From the NCBI RefSeq assembly GCF_009914755.1, contig NC_060946.1: DNA of 64,000 bases, one strand, 5' to 3'. Below the pieces are notes generated by a model. That model worked only from the letters and a program-made list of their open reading frames with translations, was not told where the DNA came from and did no database searches. Origin of the DNA: the human T2T-CHM13v2.0 reference genome, Homo sapiens. The position numbers were made by a program, and so were the translations under genes. Positions 1 to 17,669 of this stretch are shown here, in pieces; the stretch's first letter is position 1, and every line of letters starts with the position of its first letter.

Positions 1-113
1 TATACATATATATACACATATACACATATATACACACATATATACACATATACACATATATACACATATATACATATATACACATATATACATATATACA
101 GATATATATATAT
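1..113. repeat. (TA/CA)n microsatellite
   Basis: Alternating TATACACATA-type run visible directly. Confidence 0.95.
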
Positions 114-1037
114 AAAGGTTTCTTAAGATGGATAGAAGTCTTACCAATTGGATTTGTATTCTGTGGAACAGGGAGGCTTATCTAAGGTCTCTCTCTAGAA
201 AACACAGCTCTGTTCAAAGGGAAAAGCAGGCTGGCCAACCCACGTGATGGCTCTTGAAGCTTCTCTTTTGAATGGCCTGCTAGGACTTGGGCTCCGGATT
301 CACTGGCTAAAGCAAGTCACATGGCCAAACCTGATTTGGTGGGGAGGGGAGGTGTACCCAGCACTGGAGGCCCTGCACGTCGTGTAGCAATGGGGCAGGA
401 TGAATAGTCCTCTCACTGGGAGGACAGTGAATAACTGGAAACAGTGACCAATCTGCTACCATGCACCATCTTGGTTGCAATTATCACTCCTGTCTCTTGC
501 GTGGGCATGGTGGATTGGAGGCGGCTGCGGATTCTTAGTCATTCCTCCCAGCAAGACATGGAGTATTTTTCTCCTCCCCTTGGATCTGGGCTGATTCCAG
601 GACTGGCTTTCATCAACAGGATGTAGCAGAAGCGACGCTGTGTGAGTTCCCAGGCTGAGGCTGCAGAGATTTGAGGCATCTTCTCTCACCCAGCTTGAAG
701 TCCTTCCCCTTGGAAGCCAGTCACCGTGAAAAAACTCACCATGCTGTGAGGAAGCCCAAGAGAGCTGCATGGAGAGAAGGGCCTGTGGAAGAGCTCTGAG
801 GTGCCACTCACATGAAGTGAGCCTTTGTGGACCTTCCAGCCCAGCCACCAGCAAACACAACCCAGTAAGTGTCCCCAGTCAATGCTTCTCTCCATAGGAG
901 ACCTGTAAATGGGCGGTGGGGGGAGGAATTTTCTGGTCTCACACACTATTATGGGTTGAATTTTCCCCCTCCCGAATTCTTGTGTTGAAGCTCCCACCTC
1001 CAGTACTTTACAAAGTAACATATTTGGAGATAAGATC

Positions 1038-2552
<1,515 letters not shown>

Positions 2553-2913
2553 TAATTCAGTTAAAATGAAGCTGTCAGAATGGGCCTTAATCCAATATGA
2601 CTAGTGTCCTTATAAGAAGGAAACTTGGACTCACAGACTGAGAAGTAAGGCAGGTGCGCACAGGGAGGAGGCCACGTGAGCACACAGGCAAGCCAGAGAG
2701 GGAGGCCTTGGAAAAAACCAACCCTGCTGGCACCTTGATCTTGGACTTCTAGCTTCCAGAGCTGTGAGAAAATAAATTTTTATTGTTGAAGCCACCCAAT
2801 ACATGGTATCTCGTTATGGTGGCTCTAGCAAACTAATACACGCACTCAACATACAATGGTGGAATAGGAACAGAATGATCCCCAAACACTCACCATTAGA
2901 AAGGAGAAGAACA

Positions 2914-3720
<807 letters not shown>

Positions 3721-4813
3721 CACACACCCAACTTTCTTCTAGACATGGCTTTCTAGATGGAACTGTGGGCCTGTGATCTTTTCTGAAGTTTCAACAAAGG
3801 GCGTGATGGCCATACCCTTGGTATGATCTTTACCCTGAGACTGAGACTTAACTGGCTCTATCACACAAAGTGTTTCTTAGTTTTATTATTTTTTTCTTAA
3901 GCCTAGAATATTCTTTATTGACTATTTGTAGAGTACCCATTTTGAAGAGTCTTTACAGAAAGTTTAAGATTCATAATTAGCTGAGCATGGTGGCATGTGC
4001 CTGTGATCCTAGCTACTCAGGAGGAGGATCGCTTGAGCCCAGGAGGTCAAGGCTGCAGTGAGCTGTGATCACGTCACTGCATTCCAGCCTGGGCGACAGA
4101 GTAAGACCCTGTCTCAAAAAAAAAAACAATAATAAGAAGAAAGTAAGTTTAAAATTCACAATTAGAATTCTCGAATAATACATTTCTGGGGACAGACAAA
4201 GTTAAATTTAAAACTCTTATCTGCTCCAAGATCATATCATGTGTTCCAAGCACAAACATGTCAGAAATGTTTTCTAAAATGCCATTTGGCACTTGAGTCT
4301 TGCAGAAGCGACGAACTGCCAGAGGGGCAGGGACTGTGTCTGTTTTGCCCACTTATGCAAAAGAGCAGGATTTTCCAAAAATGGCCGTGGGTGCTCACTC
4401 TAGGTTGTCTGGGTGATAAACCAGCAGGGTGGGGTAAAGAATTGGATCGCACCTTTTTCCAACTCGGGGATAAGTGGTTTGTGCCCAAGCACAGCTTCCC
4501 TGGCCCACCCCAGCCTTCTCCCAGCTGGGGGCACAGCACCCAACCTCAGCCTCCTGCAGCACAGGTGGCTTCCTGCACATGACAGTGTCTGCGTCCTCCC
4601 ACGGGCTATGGGCCTTTGGGCACTGGGCGCTTGGAGCACTCACTTAGTTGCTCTTTCATTGGACCGAGATGAGGAATAGTTGCCTTTTTCAATCCTGCAA
4701 ATCCAACATTTCTGGATTTTCTCTTTCCCTTTTGTTTCTGTTTGCAAGTAGGTTAATTCCCTTATAGCACATCTCCTATCTGTGGGGCCCTGTGAAATGC
4801 AGCGTAGTCGTTT

Positions 4814-5778
4814 TGAAGGGATGGCTTGCCCCCTCACACCTGTGGGCGTTTCTCGTCAGGTGGAATGAGAGACTTGGAAAAGAAAGAGACAAAGTATAGA
4901 GAAAGAAAAATGGGCCCAGGGGACCGGCGTTCAGCATACGGAGGACCCGCGCTGGCACCAGCCTCTGAGTTCCCTTAGTATTTATTGATCATTATCGGGC
5001 GTATCCCGGAGAGGGGGATGTGGCAGGACAATAGGGTAATAGTGGAGAGAAGGTCAGCAGAAAAACATGTGAACAACTGTCTCTGCATCATAAACAAGGT
5101 AAAGAAAAAAGTGCTGTGCTTTTGATGTGCATATACATAAACATCTCAATGCCTTAAAGAGGAGTATTGCTGCCAGCATGTCCCACCTCCAGCCCTAAGG
5201 CAATTTTCCCCTATCTCAGTAGATGGAATATACAATCGGGCTTTACACCGAAACATTCCATTGCCCAGGGACGAGCAGGAGACAGATGCCTTCCTCTTAT
5301 CTCAACTGCAAAGAGGCCTTCCTTCCTCTTTTACTAATCCTCCTCAGCACAGACCCTTTACGGGTGTTGGGCTGGGGGACGGTCAGGTCTTTCCCTTCCC
5401 ATGAGGCCATATTTCAGACTGCCACATGGGGAGAAACTTTGGACAATACCTGGCTTTCCTAGGCAGAGGTCCCTGTGGTCTTCCGCAGTGTTTGTGTCCC
5501 TGCGTACTTGAGATTAGGGAGTGGTGATGACTCTTAACGAGCATGCTGCCTTCAGGCATCTGTTTAACAAAGCACATCCTGCACAGCCCTTAATCCATTT
5601 AACCTTGAGTCAACACAGTACATGTTTCAGGGAGCACAGGGTTGGAGGTAGGGTTACAGATTAACAGCATCTCAAGGCAGGAGAACTTTTCTTAGTACAA
5701 AGCAAAATGGAGTCTCTTATGTCTACTTCATTCTACACAGACACAGTAACAGTCTGATATCTCTTTCTTTTCCCCACA
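4814..5778 (-). mobile_element. HERV-K(HML-2) solo LTR, LTR5_Hs-like (965 bp)
   Basis: Reverse complement begins TGTGGGGAAAAGAAAGAGA and ends CCCTTCA; 5-bp TSD CGTTT (4809-4813 / 5779-5783). Confidence 0.9.
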
Positions 5779-5988
5779 CGTTTGCTAGGGCTGTGGTCAC
5801 AAAGTCCTGGGTGGCTGGAACACCAGAAACACATTGTTTCACAGTTTGGGAGGCTGGGAATCCAAGATCGAGATGCCAGCAGGTTGGTTCCTTATGACAG
5901 CCGTAGGGAAGGATCTGTTCCAAGCCTCCCACATTGGTTTATGGATGGCTTATTTCTCCCCAGGGTCTCCATGTCATCTTCCCTCTGA

Positions 5989-6498
<510 letters not shown>

Positions 6499-6563
6499 TG
6501 ACGTGTGGTCACTTCTGCGCACATTTTATTGGCCAGAGCAGGTCACATGGCCAAGCCTCATGT

Positions 6564-7212
6564 TGTTGTACCCAAGCGAGTTAGTGAGAATGCCACACTT
6601 TGAGACGAATTAAGAGTCCTTTATTAAGCCGGCGGCCAAAGAGACGGCTAACGCTAAAATTCTCTCAGCCCCGAAGAAGAGGCTTGATTAACTTTTATAT
6701 CTAGGTTTAGGAAGGGGAGGGGAACTCAAATGCAATAATTCTACAGAAGTAAAAACATGCAAGAATCAAAAGAAGCAAAATCGTTACAGAGAGATAAGCA
6801 ACTTAAAAGATAAATGGTTACAAGAAGAGCAACAGTACCAGGTGCAAGGCTCTAAATCTTTCATTATAATTAGATATAGGGTCTATGCCGGGCATGAACT
6901 CAAGGTTTTATGTTGTTATCTCTTGGAGAGAAATCCTGGGAACTTCATACATTGTTGGTGCTAGTACCTTATCAGTTAATCGGGCTCCTTTGAAATGCTG
7001 AGGATCTGTTTACACAGGCCAACTCCTTACTAAAGGGGGTTGGGTGAGGAGTCCTCAGTGTCTTGTAAATTACGGGGTCAATTGGAGTTTGTCCGGCTTT
7101 CCCAGCTAGAGAGAGTCTTATTTACAAGAGAAGCCAGGCTAGGTGATTAAAGAGACAAGCAGGACAAAATTCAAAGTAACAAGTTAGAGTAAAAACAAGG
7201 TTAGGCATTTCA
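6564..7212 (-). mobile_element. Solo LTR, probably ERV1 class (family not identified)
   Basis: TG...CA termini, imperfect 4-bp TSD ATGT/GTGT, minus-strand AATAAA near 6620; interrupts an older MLT1-like remnant. Confidence 0.7.
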
Positions 7213-7509
7213 GTGTCAGAGGGCCTGGAAGGATGTTCGGGGGAAGCGGTGGTATAACCTGCTTAGGGGAAGGAATTGCTGGGCACAACGGCACCATCTA
7301 CCATCCGGTTGGCACTGGTTAAGGTTTACCATGTGTGGGGCTTTGTGCCAGCAGCTTCACACCCTTAGCTCATTGACTCCTCATGTAGCCCCATTTTATA
7401 GATAAGAAAACTGAGGCTTAGAGGGGGGAGAGACTTGCTCATCGATCATAAACAAGATCAACTGACAGACTGAGAAAACCCTGAAGGTCTACACGCTTCT
7501 CAGGTCTTA

Positions 7510-7903
<394 letters not shown>

Positions 7904-8654
7904 AAAGATCTGAGTTGGATGTGGGGGTGTCTTGAGCCAGCAATGCAGCTGCACACCCCACCAGGGCGCTGGAAGAGCTTGTTCTTGGAGAGCCCATACC
8001 CCACCTTTCAGCTCAGCTCAGCCTCCACCCTGCCCTGTGAATCTAGGTGTTCCCCAGAGCACACAGGGCCAAGGGAGGGCAGGGGTTTTACACAAGTAGA
8101 TCCAACTCCTCCTGGAGGAAAGGGAGAGAAGGAGTGCATCCCAGGACCCTGTGAACCTGTGAATGCTCCTTTGTGGCTGAATCTCCCAGGCTCTAAGTGC
8201 CTCTGGGAGGTTGTGAATTTCTTGTCTGCTTGTTTGTTTCAGCAGGGCTGGGCAGGAGGCAGAAAATCTTACGTTCTTTTTATTATTGTCCTCATTTTAC
8301 AGATAGAGAAACTGAGGCCCAGGGAGGTTAAAGCCACTTCCCACAGCAAGGGGTGATGATAGATCCAGGACTCAAGTGCAGCTGGGGCGGGTGCTGGGAG
8401 GCCTGGGCACTGAGGCCCCAGGTGGGCCTGTATTCAAGGAGGCTGGGGGTGGGGACGGATGAGGAAGTGGTGGTGCGGGTTTGGGGGGGAAGTGGGGAGC
8501 ACTTCTGTTTCTCCTAGGCCGCCAGGTCACAGAAAGACGGAGGGCAAGACAGCGATTCTTGGGGAGACGGATTTAGTCTAGGGAGTCCCAGATAGTGAGA
8601 GAGAGAGAGTACCAGGCAGGGGCAGGAACCCATGTGCAAGGGACAGTGTGAGAA

Positions 8655-8656
<2 letters not shown>

Positions 8657-8691
<35 letters not shown>

Positions 8692-8695
8692 ACCA
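8657..8695. repeat. (CA)n microsatellite
   Basis: Direct inspection. Confidence 0.95.
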
Positions 8696-9027
8696 CATAC
8701 TTTTTATGGTTTTGACACCCAACTCAGAGAAGGTCTTTTTATATTCAGATTTCTGAAAATGTCATTATTAGAAATAATAACGATGATGGCAAGCCTTCCC
8801 TGAGACCTCACAGCATTTCAGGAAACTCGCTGAAAGGCTTTGCCTGGACTCCCTCGCAGAGCCCTCACAGCCACCCTGGGAGGTGGGTGCCATTACTGTC
8901 CCCTTATTATAGATTGGGAAATGGAGGCTCCGAGGTGCTGGAGCTTGGAACCGATGGAGGTTGGCCCGACTCCATGAGCCACACTCTGAATGTTCCCTTT
9001 GAGGCACAAACAACAGAATCAAGAAGG

Positions 9028-9325
9028 AGGCTGGGCACGGAGGCTCATGCCTATCATCCCAGCACTTTGGGAGACCGAGGCGGGTGGATCACTTGAGGCC
9101 AGGAGTTCGAGACTAGCCTGGTCAATGTGGCAAAATCTTGTTTCTACTAAAAATACAAAAATTATCTGGCTGTGGTGGCGTGCGCCTGTAGTCCCAGCTA
9201 CTTGGGAGGCTGAGGCAGGAGAATCACTTTAACCTGGGAGGCAAAGGTTGCAGTGAGCAGAGATCATACCAGTGCATTCCAGGTTGGGTGACAGAGCAAG
9301 ACTCTGTCTCAAAAAGAAAAAGAAA
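9028..9325 (+). mobile_element. AluS
   Basis: Full Alu with TSD AGAATCAAGAAGGA. Confidence 0.9.
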
Positions 9326-9639
9326 AGAATCAAGAAGGAAAGCCCTGCCTGCCTTGCCGCAGAGCTCCTGGCCTCCCGCCCTCCTCTCTGCTGAGTCAGG
9401 TGCCTGCTGTGGACTCGAGGCTTTGGGTTCCCCCCAGATGGCCAGATAGGGGCTTCCATGCTGTTTTCCCTGATGCCATTTCCCTCCTGGCCCTGGATTT
9501 TCAGAGCCCTAATCTGCCTTTCCCTATGAAAGGTGATGACGCTTCCCACAGCCACCCATGCCTCTCTGTGACTATCAGAGCAGGGGCCCCTCTGACACCA
9601 ATAATGATGCCTGCTGTATGAGGCCAGCCTGTTCTCTGC

Positions 9640-10240
9640 AGCCCTGAGGTCAGAGGACAAAACTAGACACAACCTATGTGCCCATCCTCTGGGGATTGGA
9701 TAATCACATGCAGGTACATGTGCACAATGGAATACTATGCAGCCAGGAAAAATAATGAGGTACAATAAAATGCCAAACATGAAATATAATATTGACTGGC
9801 TTTTTTCGGCAAGTGTGGTGACTTCCACCTGTAATTAATTCCAGCACTCTGGGAGGCCAAGGTGGAAGAACCGCTTGAACCCAGGAGTTTGAGAACAGCC
9901 TGGGCAACACAGTGAGACTATCTAGAAGAAATTAAAAATTCACCGGGCTTTGTGGCCTGTGCCTGTAGTCCCAGCTGCTAGGGAGGCTGAGGTGGGAGGA
10001 TGGCTTGAGCTATGATCATGCCACTGCACTCCAACCTGGGCAAGAGAGCAAGACCCTATCTCACAAAAAAAGTTTCTGTTAGTATGTGTATTGACAGAAA
10101 AACCTCCACCCTGAATATGCTAATTACCCTGATTTGACCACTACACATTGTATACGTGTACTGAAATATTATACTGCACCCTGTAAATATGTACAATTAT
10201 TATGTGTCAATTAAAAATAATAATACAACCCAAAAAATAG
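9640..10240 (+). mobile_element. Old L1M 3'-end fragments interrupted by an AluJ (about 9810-10070)
   Basis: L1-like phrases 'aatggaatactatgcagcc', 'taattaccctgatttgacca...tatgtacaattattatgtgtcaattaaaaat'. Confidence 0.6.
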
Positions 10241-11379
10241 GATGCTGCACTAGAGGCTGAAGTTACACGGAAGAATAAGGCACAGTGAAAAACCAAACTC
10301 AACCTCACTTCAGGCAAAAGTAGGAGGTTTCATCAACACAGCCCAGGTTCTTTCCTCCGCTCCTGCTGTCTCACTTCCTCCCTGGCAGAGGTGCTATGTG
10401 GTGTCTCAACGCGACTCCCTAAGTCAGGAACAAGCGAATTCTGAAATGAACGGTGCAGTCCTGACCTCGAGGAGCCTGGTCTCACTCTATGGAGTGAGAC
10501 AGGTGGGCACATAAATAACAGAAAAAATTCATCACAACGACCGGGGGGCGGGGGCTCCTCCAAGTGCTTGATTCTCTGCCAAGGAATTCGCTGGCATTAA
10601 CTCGGGGATCCCCGATGATAATTCTGTGAGTTTTCTTCTTTAACCAGTGAGGAAACTGAGTCTCAGAGAGGGCCCCAGGCAGCAGATTCGGTCTTGCCCT
10701 GGGGGTCTGGGTCTCGACTCCGTAGCCTCTTCGGGGAGAGAATCCTCTAGCCTCTGAGCTAGAGGCTAATCACCCCCCAAAAGCAACAGAGACAAAAGGC
10801 AGGGAAAGGGGGTGCACAGAGGGTGGAGGCAGGACAGGTCCCTGTGGCTGAGCCGCCTCCCTCCCACCTCCTGCCAAACACCACGCACAAGTGGATTTGG
10901 TCCTTGAAGCACACACCCGCTTGGGAGGTGCCATGAGCTTCATCTGAAGGTCAGAGAGGGGACAGTGGCCAAGGCCATCTGGAAAGTGCCGTGGCCAGGG
11001 TTCAAACCCTGGTCTGCCTGATTGCAAAGGCCTTGTTGCCCAGCGTGGGACCCAGCATCCAGTGCTATCCAGAGACCCCGGACCTTGGCCGCGCCGCACA
11101 GCGCTTGGCACGGAACATGTGCTGGATACGCAGTCAGCCTCCTTCCTTCTCCTCCTTCCGCCATCATGTGACCTTGACCCCACGGTTGTTTCCAGGCCTC
11201 AGTTTCCCCATCTGCAGAGGGAGGGGGTTGTCCTAGGGATGCCCTGGCTCCCCTGGAAGCCCCCAGTATCTTAGATTTCCACTGGGGAAGCCAGGAAGGG
11301 CAGGTAGGGCCACCTGGGGCTGGGGCAAATTTGGGGTCCAGGGTTGTTTTCTGGGGTGAAAGCTTGGAGCCCCAGGAGA

Positions 11380-11975
11380 GCCCCGCGGATGGCCCCCAGG
11401 TTCCCCAAGCCTGCAGCCCCGCTGGACCAGACTCGGGCCCCCACCCCGGAATCACCTGACACCCCCTGACCTCGGCGGGGGCAGGACCCCACCGGGCCGG
11501 CCGGAACCCCCAGAGCCTTGAAAAGCCTCCGGCCTCCCCGCCGCCATCGCCCGACCCACGAGCTGCGCGAAGAGCCACGGAGAGCGCCGGCGAGCGCGCA
11601 GCGAGAGTGGGGGAGAAATGAAAATGCTTTTCATCCTCCTTTCTTTTAAATGCTGAAACCAGCCTTGACAGCTTCTGAAAATAAATGGCACCGACTCGCT
11701 GGGATTTGAAATTCCGTGATTAAGGGCTGAAGCAAATACTTTTTCCCTCCCTCCGTGGGCTGATAAAGCGATGGCGGGACTGAGACAGCGTTTTGCGGGC
11801 CTACCAGGAGCTCTGATACGCAACCTCCCGCCAGGCTGCGTGGCTGCTCGGCTCCGGGCCGTTTATCCGGCGCGCTCACGCCGGCAGCCGCGAAAGCAGC
11901 TTTAAATCCCCTGCCCGGCCTCAGCGTCCGCTCCTCCCGCCGGCACGAACGGCGGGTTCAGGCACGTGCGCGGGC
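11380..11975. promoter_or_regulatory. CpG island / candidate promoter or enhancer
   Basis: High CpG density in non-repeat sequence flanking an AT-rich core (about 11615-11765). Confidence 0.65.
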
Positions 11976-11976
11976 G

Positions 11977-12150
11977 CGCACACACACACACGCACAAACA
12001 CACACGCAACACAAGGCACACACATACACGTGTGCACCCAACGCACACTGAACAATGCACACACGCACGCGTGCACACACCCACACAAAAACATGCATGA
12101 TATGGGTGCACGCATACGTGCGCACACTGGCACATACGCACACACGTGAA
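11977..12150. repeat. Degenerate (CA)n low-complexity tract
   Basis: Direct inspection. Confidence 0.85.
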
Positions 12151-13554
12151 CACCCGGCCCTGGTGAGTCTCTCTGCCTGTAGTCCAATGAAAGGAGGAAG
12201 CCAGGGAAGGCTGCAAAGTTGCGGGGAATGAGAGAAAGGAGAGGAGGGGGCCAAGAAGAGAGAGGCTCTTCTGGGTTCACAGTTTGCAGGGGCTGTCTTC
12301 AGGCAGCCTAGTGTGGGGGGCGGCTATGAGGCACCTGCCAGCCGTGTCCTCCCTCCTTCCTCCCCACAGCGCTCACTCACACCCCCGACAGTGACTCCGA
12401 GCTGCCTCAGTGTCCCTCCTTCCCTTCTGGCTCAGGACTCTGCAAGGGGAACACATAGTTCCGAGTTATTATGCCTTTTTAGGGCTTGTATTCCCCATCT
12501 GGAAGACCTCCAGGCAGGATGCCCCGCCCCTCCTTGAACCTCACCTGTGAGGAGCCCACTCACCCAGGGTCACTCAGCTAGAAAGAGGGATGGTCGGGAT
12601 CCTTGCTCTGGGGGGGTTGGGGGGTAGGAGTGGGACCCAACAACCTTCCTCTGGTTCTGCAAGAGCCACCTCTGCTTAGACAACCCTCTGAGTGCCCCCC
12701 TCCCTCCCCACTGCTGGGCTCCCTCTGCTGTCTAGTGGCAGCTGACAGATGGGTGATAACAGGTATGCCCAGGTACCCGCTAGAAGTGGCTCCACTCCCC
12801 GGACAGTCAAGCTCAACTTGTGGAGCTCCGACAGTGGGTGAGAGGTGCGGTGCCTGCTGGCTGCGTTACACAAACTGCCCAGCAAAGGGGAAGGTGGGCA
12901 TCGCCTTCCTGGACAACCTCTGGAGAGGCATGGATGGAGACCTTCAGGCACACATGTCGAGGTTGGGCAGCGCTGGGGCAGTGGCAGGGCAGGGGGGTGG
13001 GGGTGGGGGGACGTGGTCCATAGGAATGCCAGTGGTCTCCAGCCACTTCTGCAAACACGGGGTACCCCCACCATCACTTCCCCTCCAAATGCACCCTGAA
13101 TCCTGCACCTGCCCAGGGGTAGCCGCCTGCAGGAGATGTGCAGGGCAGGCTGGAGTTTGCAGAAACCCACAGGGACAATGATGATGCTGGTTCTGTTTGC
13201 CGGGCTCCATTCTGCTCTGGACATGCAGGCCTCAAGGAGTCCTCACTGTGAGCACACCTACTTTACAGGTGAGAAAAAAGTGAGGCTCAGAAAGTGACCC
13301 ACCTAAGGTCTCCTAGCTGGGAAGAGATGGAGTGAGGATTCAAACCATCCCACATTTACCACATTCTGTCTCCAAAAAGCTGAGCTGTGGCAGGAGCCCC
13401 ATTTGTTGTTTAGGTGAAAATGACGAGGTTGGACTGTACGTAAGTGCTGATATGTAACCACTTTGGCCTGTCAAAATGCCAGTGTTGTGAGAGCAACGCT
13501 CACGGCACAGATGTTCAGTTGAGCGGTTTCAGTTCCGAGGCTGACTCCGACGAC

Positions 13555-13740
13555 CGGGTTGCCAGATTGAACAAATAAAAATACAGGACACCGAGTTAAA
13601 TGTGCGTTTCTAATAAACAACTAGTGACATTTTAGTTGAAGTACGGTATGTCCCATGCAAATACTTACAGGACAAACTTATTCACAGTGTATCTGAAACT
13701 CACATTTAACTGGGCGTCCTCAATTTTATCTGGCGACTGT
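13555..13740. mobile_element. MER53-like palindromic hAT MITE
   Basis: Ends 'gggttgccagat...aaaatacaggacac...gttaaat' and 'atttaactgggcgtcc...ttttatctggcgac' form inverted termini resembling MER53. Confidence 0.7.
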
Positions 13741-14893
13741 ATCTTGGGGTTTCCTTTGAAGACAGACTTCGAAACTGGGAGCTTTTGGATCCAGAAACCC
13801 AACAACAGGTGGGAAGCAACACTGATATGGCTGAAATCAGGCCTAGTCCGGAGAGATGAAGGAGTCCAGGCTTGGAGGCTGAACTGGGCTCCCTCTATTC
13901 CTGCTTAAGGATCTGAGCACCGAGGACCAGAATAAGTCATGGGAGCCGGTGATTCCACACACAGACTTGAGGGTAGGATGAAATGAATTAGCCCATGATG
14001 GACAGCTGAGAGATGCTGGGGTGGGTGGGAGATGCCATTGACTCTGAAGGTTGCCACCATTAGAACACAGCTAAGACTTTCCAGTAAACTGTCTGCGTAG
14101 TCTCTCAAACATGCATTCCAACCCCCTTCCCTCTGGCCTTCCTCTATCATAGAATGCAGAAAATTAAAATACTCAATTTCCCAGCTTCCTTTGCGGCTGG
14201 TAGTGGGCATGTGTCCCAGTTCTGGCCAGTGAGATGAAGGCAGGTGATCCCGACGATAGTTTCCCTTCCTGAATTAAAAGGCAAAGATTCCAAGAAAAAT
14301 ATACTTGCCTGGAATGTGGACGTGGTGGCTAGAGGTGGAGCAGCCATCTTATGACTGTGAGGACAAAAGTCAGGCACCAAGGCTGCAAGGAGGAAGCCAG
14401 GGATGCCTGGGTCTCTGGGAACTCTTGTATCAAGGCTGCCACAGCCCCAGACCACCTCCCTCGACACGGTACACACACAGAAAGAAACTTTTCATTTGTT
14501 TAAACCATGTTTGGTGGAGTTTTCTGTTGTCTGTAGCCTAATGCAAATCCTGGCAGATTCATCCATCTTGGGGCCTGAGGGAGGATCCCAGACCCTACAG
14601 ACCACAGTTTGGACATGGGTGAAAATTCATTGTTTTGTATAAAGTGTTTGCCAGGCACTGATGGCTACAGTAACCCTGGGACAGATGTTCCCAAGTGCTC
14701 CATTAGGACTCAGTGCCTGGTGCTTGGCTGTGGCAAATCTTTCTAAGCCCTCCAGCATATGATACAGTGTGTGGTGGTCACCAAATGCACTTTTTGTGTG
14801 AAGATGTTCCTTTATTCTAAGATTATGTCCTTCATACTTTTTGGGCTTTAAAATGCAATTTGTTTCATGAAATGATGTGATAGTTGATGGTGA

Positions 14894-15440
<547 letters not shown>

Positions 15441-17669
15441 AGATGGTGAGATTTTTAATGTGTGTGGTTTTTGTTTTGTTTTTGTAATAAAAACTTGGCA
15501 TGGTTATTATCAGTCCCCCAATTTTCTCTGGGAATTGCAAAGGTCCCTGGGAGTCCCAAGAATCCTTCAGCTCTCGCGCACCCAGGCCTAGCTGGTAGCC
15601 CAGAAGACAGGGAGGAGAGGCAGCCCCTGCTAGGAGCCAGCAGCAACGGCAGTGGGGGTGGATGGCCCAGGGGCAGGCGAGCATGATTCCAGATGCCTGC
15701 ACTTTGGGTCCCAAGAGCCTGGCACTGGGAGAATGTTCCCAGGTGTCTGTGCCTCCTGCTGCCCCTGCCCCACGTGCTCAGGTGTCCCCAGAGGAGCTGG
15801 AACAACATGTTACAGTTCCCCAGGAGGTATGGCCCCTGAGCACGCTGTGTTCTGGAGGCCAGCGAGAGTGTGCCAGGCTCTGGCCAGTGGACCGTGGGTG
15901 CACACCTGCTCCAAGGCCCAGCGGCTTGGCAGGTCCCTGCCAGGAACAGCCATGCTCAACTCAGCTGGACAGTCAGCCCAGCAAGCTCAGAGATGGCCAG
16001 GGAGAACAGGAACTCACAGGAGAGTCCAGGCCACCCCAGGGCTCTTGCAACAGGCCCCAAAGACCCAGTGATGGGAAGGAGGAACCTGGAGAGAGGGATG
16101 GCAGAAGCAGCATTTGGGAAACTGCTCAACCGGGGAGATAAAAGATGAACACTGTGCTACACTCACAGCATTTTAAACCTTGCAGCTCCCAGCAACTCTG
16201 CCCTAATGAGAAGCAGGAAGAACTGCGGCAGGCAGGGAAGGGAGTTGCTTGGAGGTGCGGAGGATGGGAGGGCAGAGAGCTTAACCAAGTCTCTGTGCTT
16301 TGCCACCCTGGGAGCCATCCTGCCCCTCAGAGACCCCCGCAGAGGGTTTCCAAGCAGGGGAGAGCATCCAGAATTCCCAGGCTGCATTTTGGGCTCTGGT
16401 GATACAGACTGGAATGCAGCTGAGGGTTAGAGCCATGAGGGGAAAATGCGGGGTACAACTGTGGGATGCGCCCACCATACCACGCATCATGCCGGAAAGG
16501 TCCTGTAGCGGTTATAGCAGGACCCAGTACCCCTGCTTCACCCCATGCCCAGATATCAAGATCATGCAGCTGGGGAATAGCAGAGGGGCTCCTGGACGCT
16601 CTTCTTCAGGGTGAGGCCGGCTTCATCAGCTTCAGGGATGTCTAGGGCTGGATGTCATAGCACCTCATTAAATGTGTCTGCTTTTTCCATCCTTGTCCTT
16701 ATCCCTAGCCCCAGTTCCAGGCCCAGCCTGCTTTTAACAAGACAGTGAAGAGTGGCAGTTAAAGGTCTGGCTGGCATCAGACAGTGCTGAATTCAAACAC
16801 CAGCGGAGCTGAAAATGGCCTGGCTGGGTGACCTTGAGCAAGCAGCCTGCCCTCTCCAAGGCTGTTTATTTTCTGGAAGGGGAAGATGGTGTCTACTTCC
16901 AACAACTGCCACGATGTTTTAGGTTCAGCCCAAAGAGTGAGCAGCCAAAAAACAGTGCCGAGAAAGGCCTCTGGCCGGCCAGGTAGAGAGAAATGACCCA
17001 ATTCCTTCCAGAAGTTTCCAATGTTTCCAAGCCGATGGGGCTCCCGGGAGACACCTGAAGATCTCTTTAACATTCAGGGAAGCATGGGGTCTGCTCGCAT
17101 TAGGGAGGATTTGTTTTATTTTTAAAGGAGTTGAGGCCACTTTGCAATCAGAGCCTTCATGGCTGGGGCAGGGAGAGCTGAGGAAGGGGTATTAATCAAG
17201 GCGCTTTAAGGACATGCAAATGAGGAGAACGCTCAAGTGATTAGGGTGTGATGGGGCCTGGAGTCCAGCCTGTATCCCCATGTGAGAAGAGAGAGTCAGA
17301 GAGCCAGGCAAGGTGGCTCAGGCCCAGCTGGGGGTGGCAGCCAAGGGGCTGCCATGAGGTCGGGAACGGTGGGCTGGGAGCAAGCAGAGGCAGAGGGAAG
17401 GGAGCCACTCCAAGGTGGCTGAAGGGTCCCCGATGGCCGCGCTGTCCAGGTGGTACTCTGGCTGGCTTCCCCGCCTCCTCCACAGCTGCAGAGGGGCCGC
17501 TCTGCCAGGACCCCCTGCCTGGCTGGGACAGGCCCCTCTTCCCAAGGATACAGAATGACTATTTAGGTGAGAGGGGCCCACTGGCGCTGCTGGGGTGGGG
17601 AATGTGATGTTGGCGATCTGCGGTATCTTCAGGGTGACAGCCATGCCCAACGCGTGGGACCTGGCTTCC

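Noticed and set aside
17214-17221. Octamer ATGCAAAT (also near 13656 and 14541) as B-cell or OCT4 sites
   Set aside because: Isolated 8-mers occur by chance at this frequency; no supporting context.
17486-17566. 81-nt AG...GT-bounded segment reading AEGPLCQDPLPGWDRPLFPRIQNDYL, faintly like the TM4SF1 loop (AEGPLCLDSLGQW...YL)
   Set aside because: The match is short, the upstream transmembrane helix is absent and no other exons were found; likely chance unless tBLASTn or synteny shows a lost gene.
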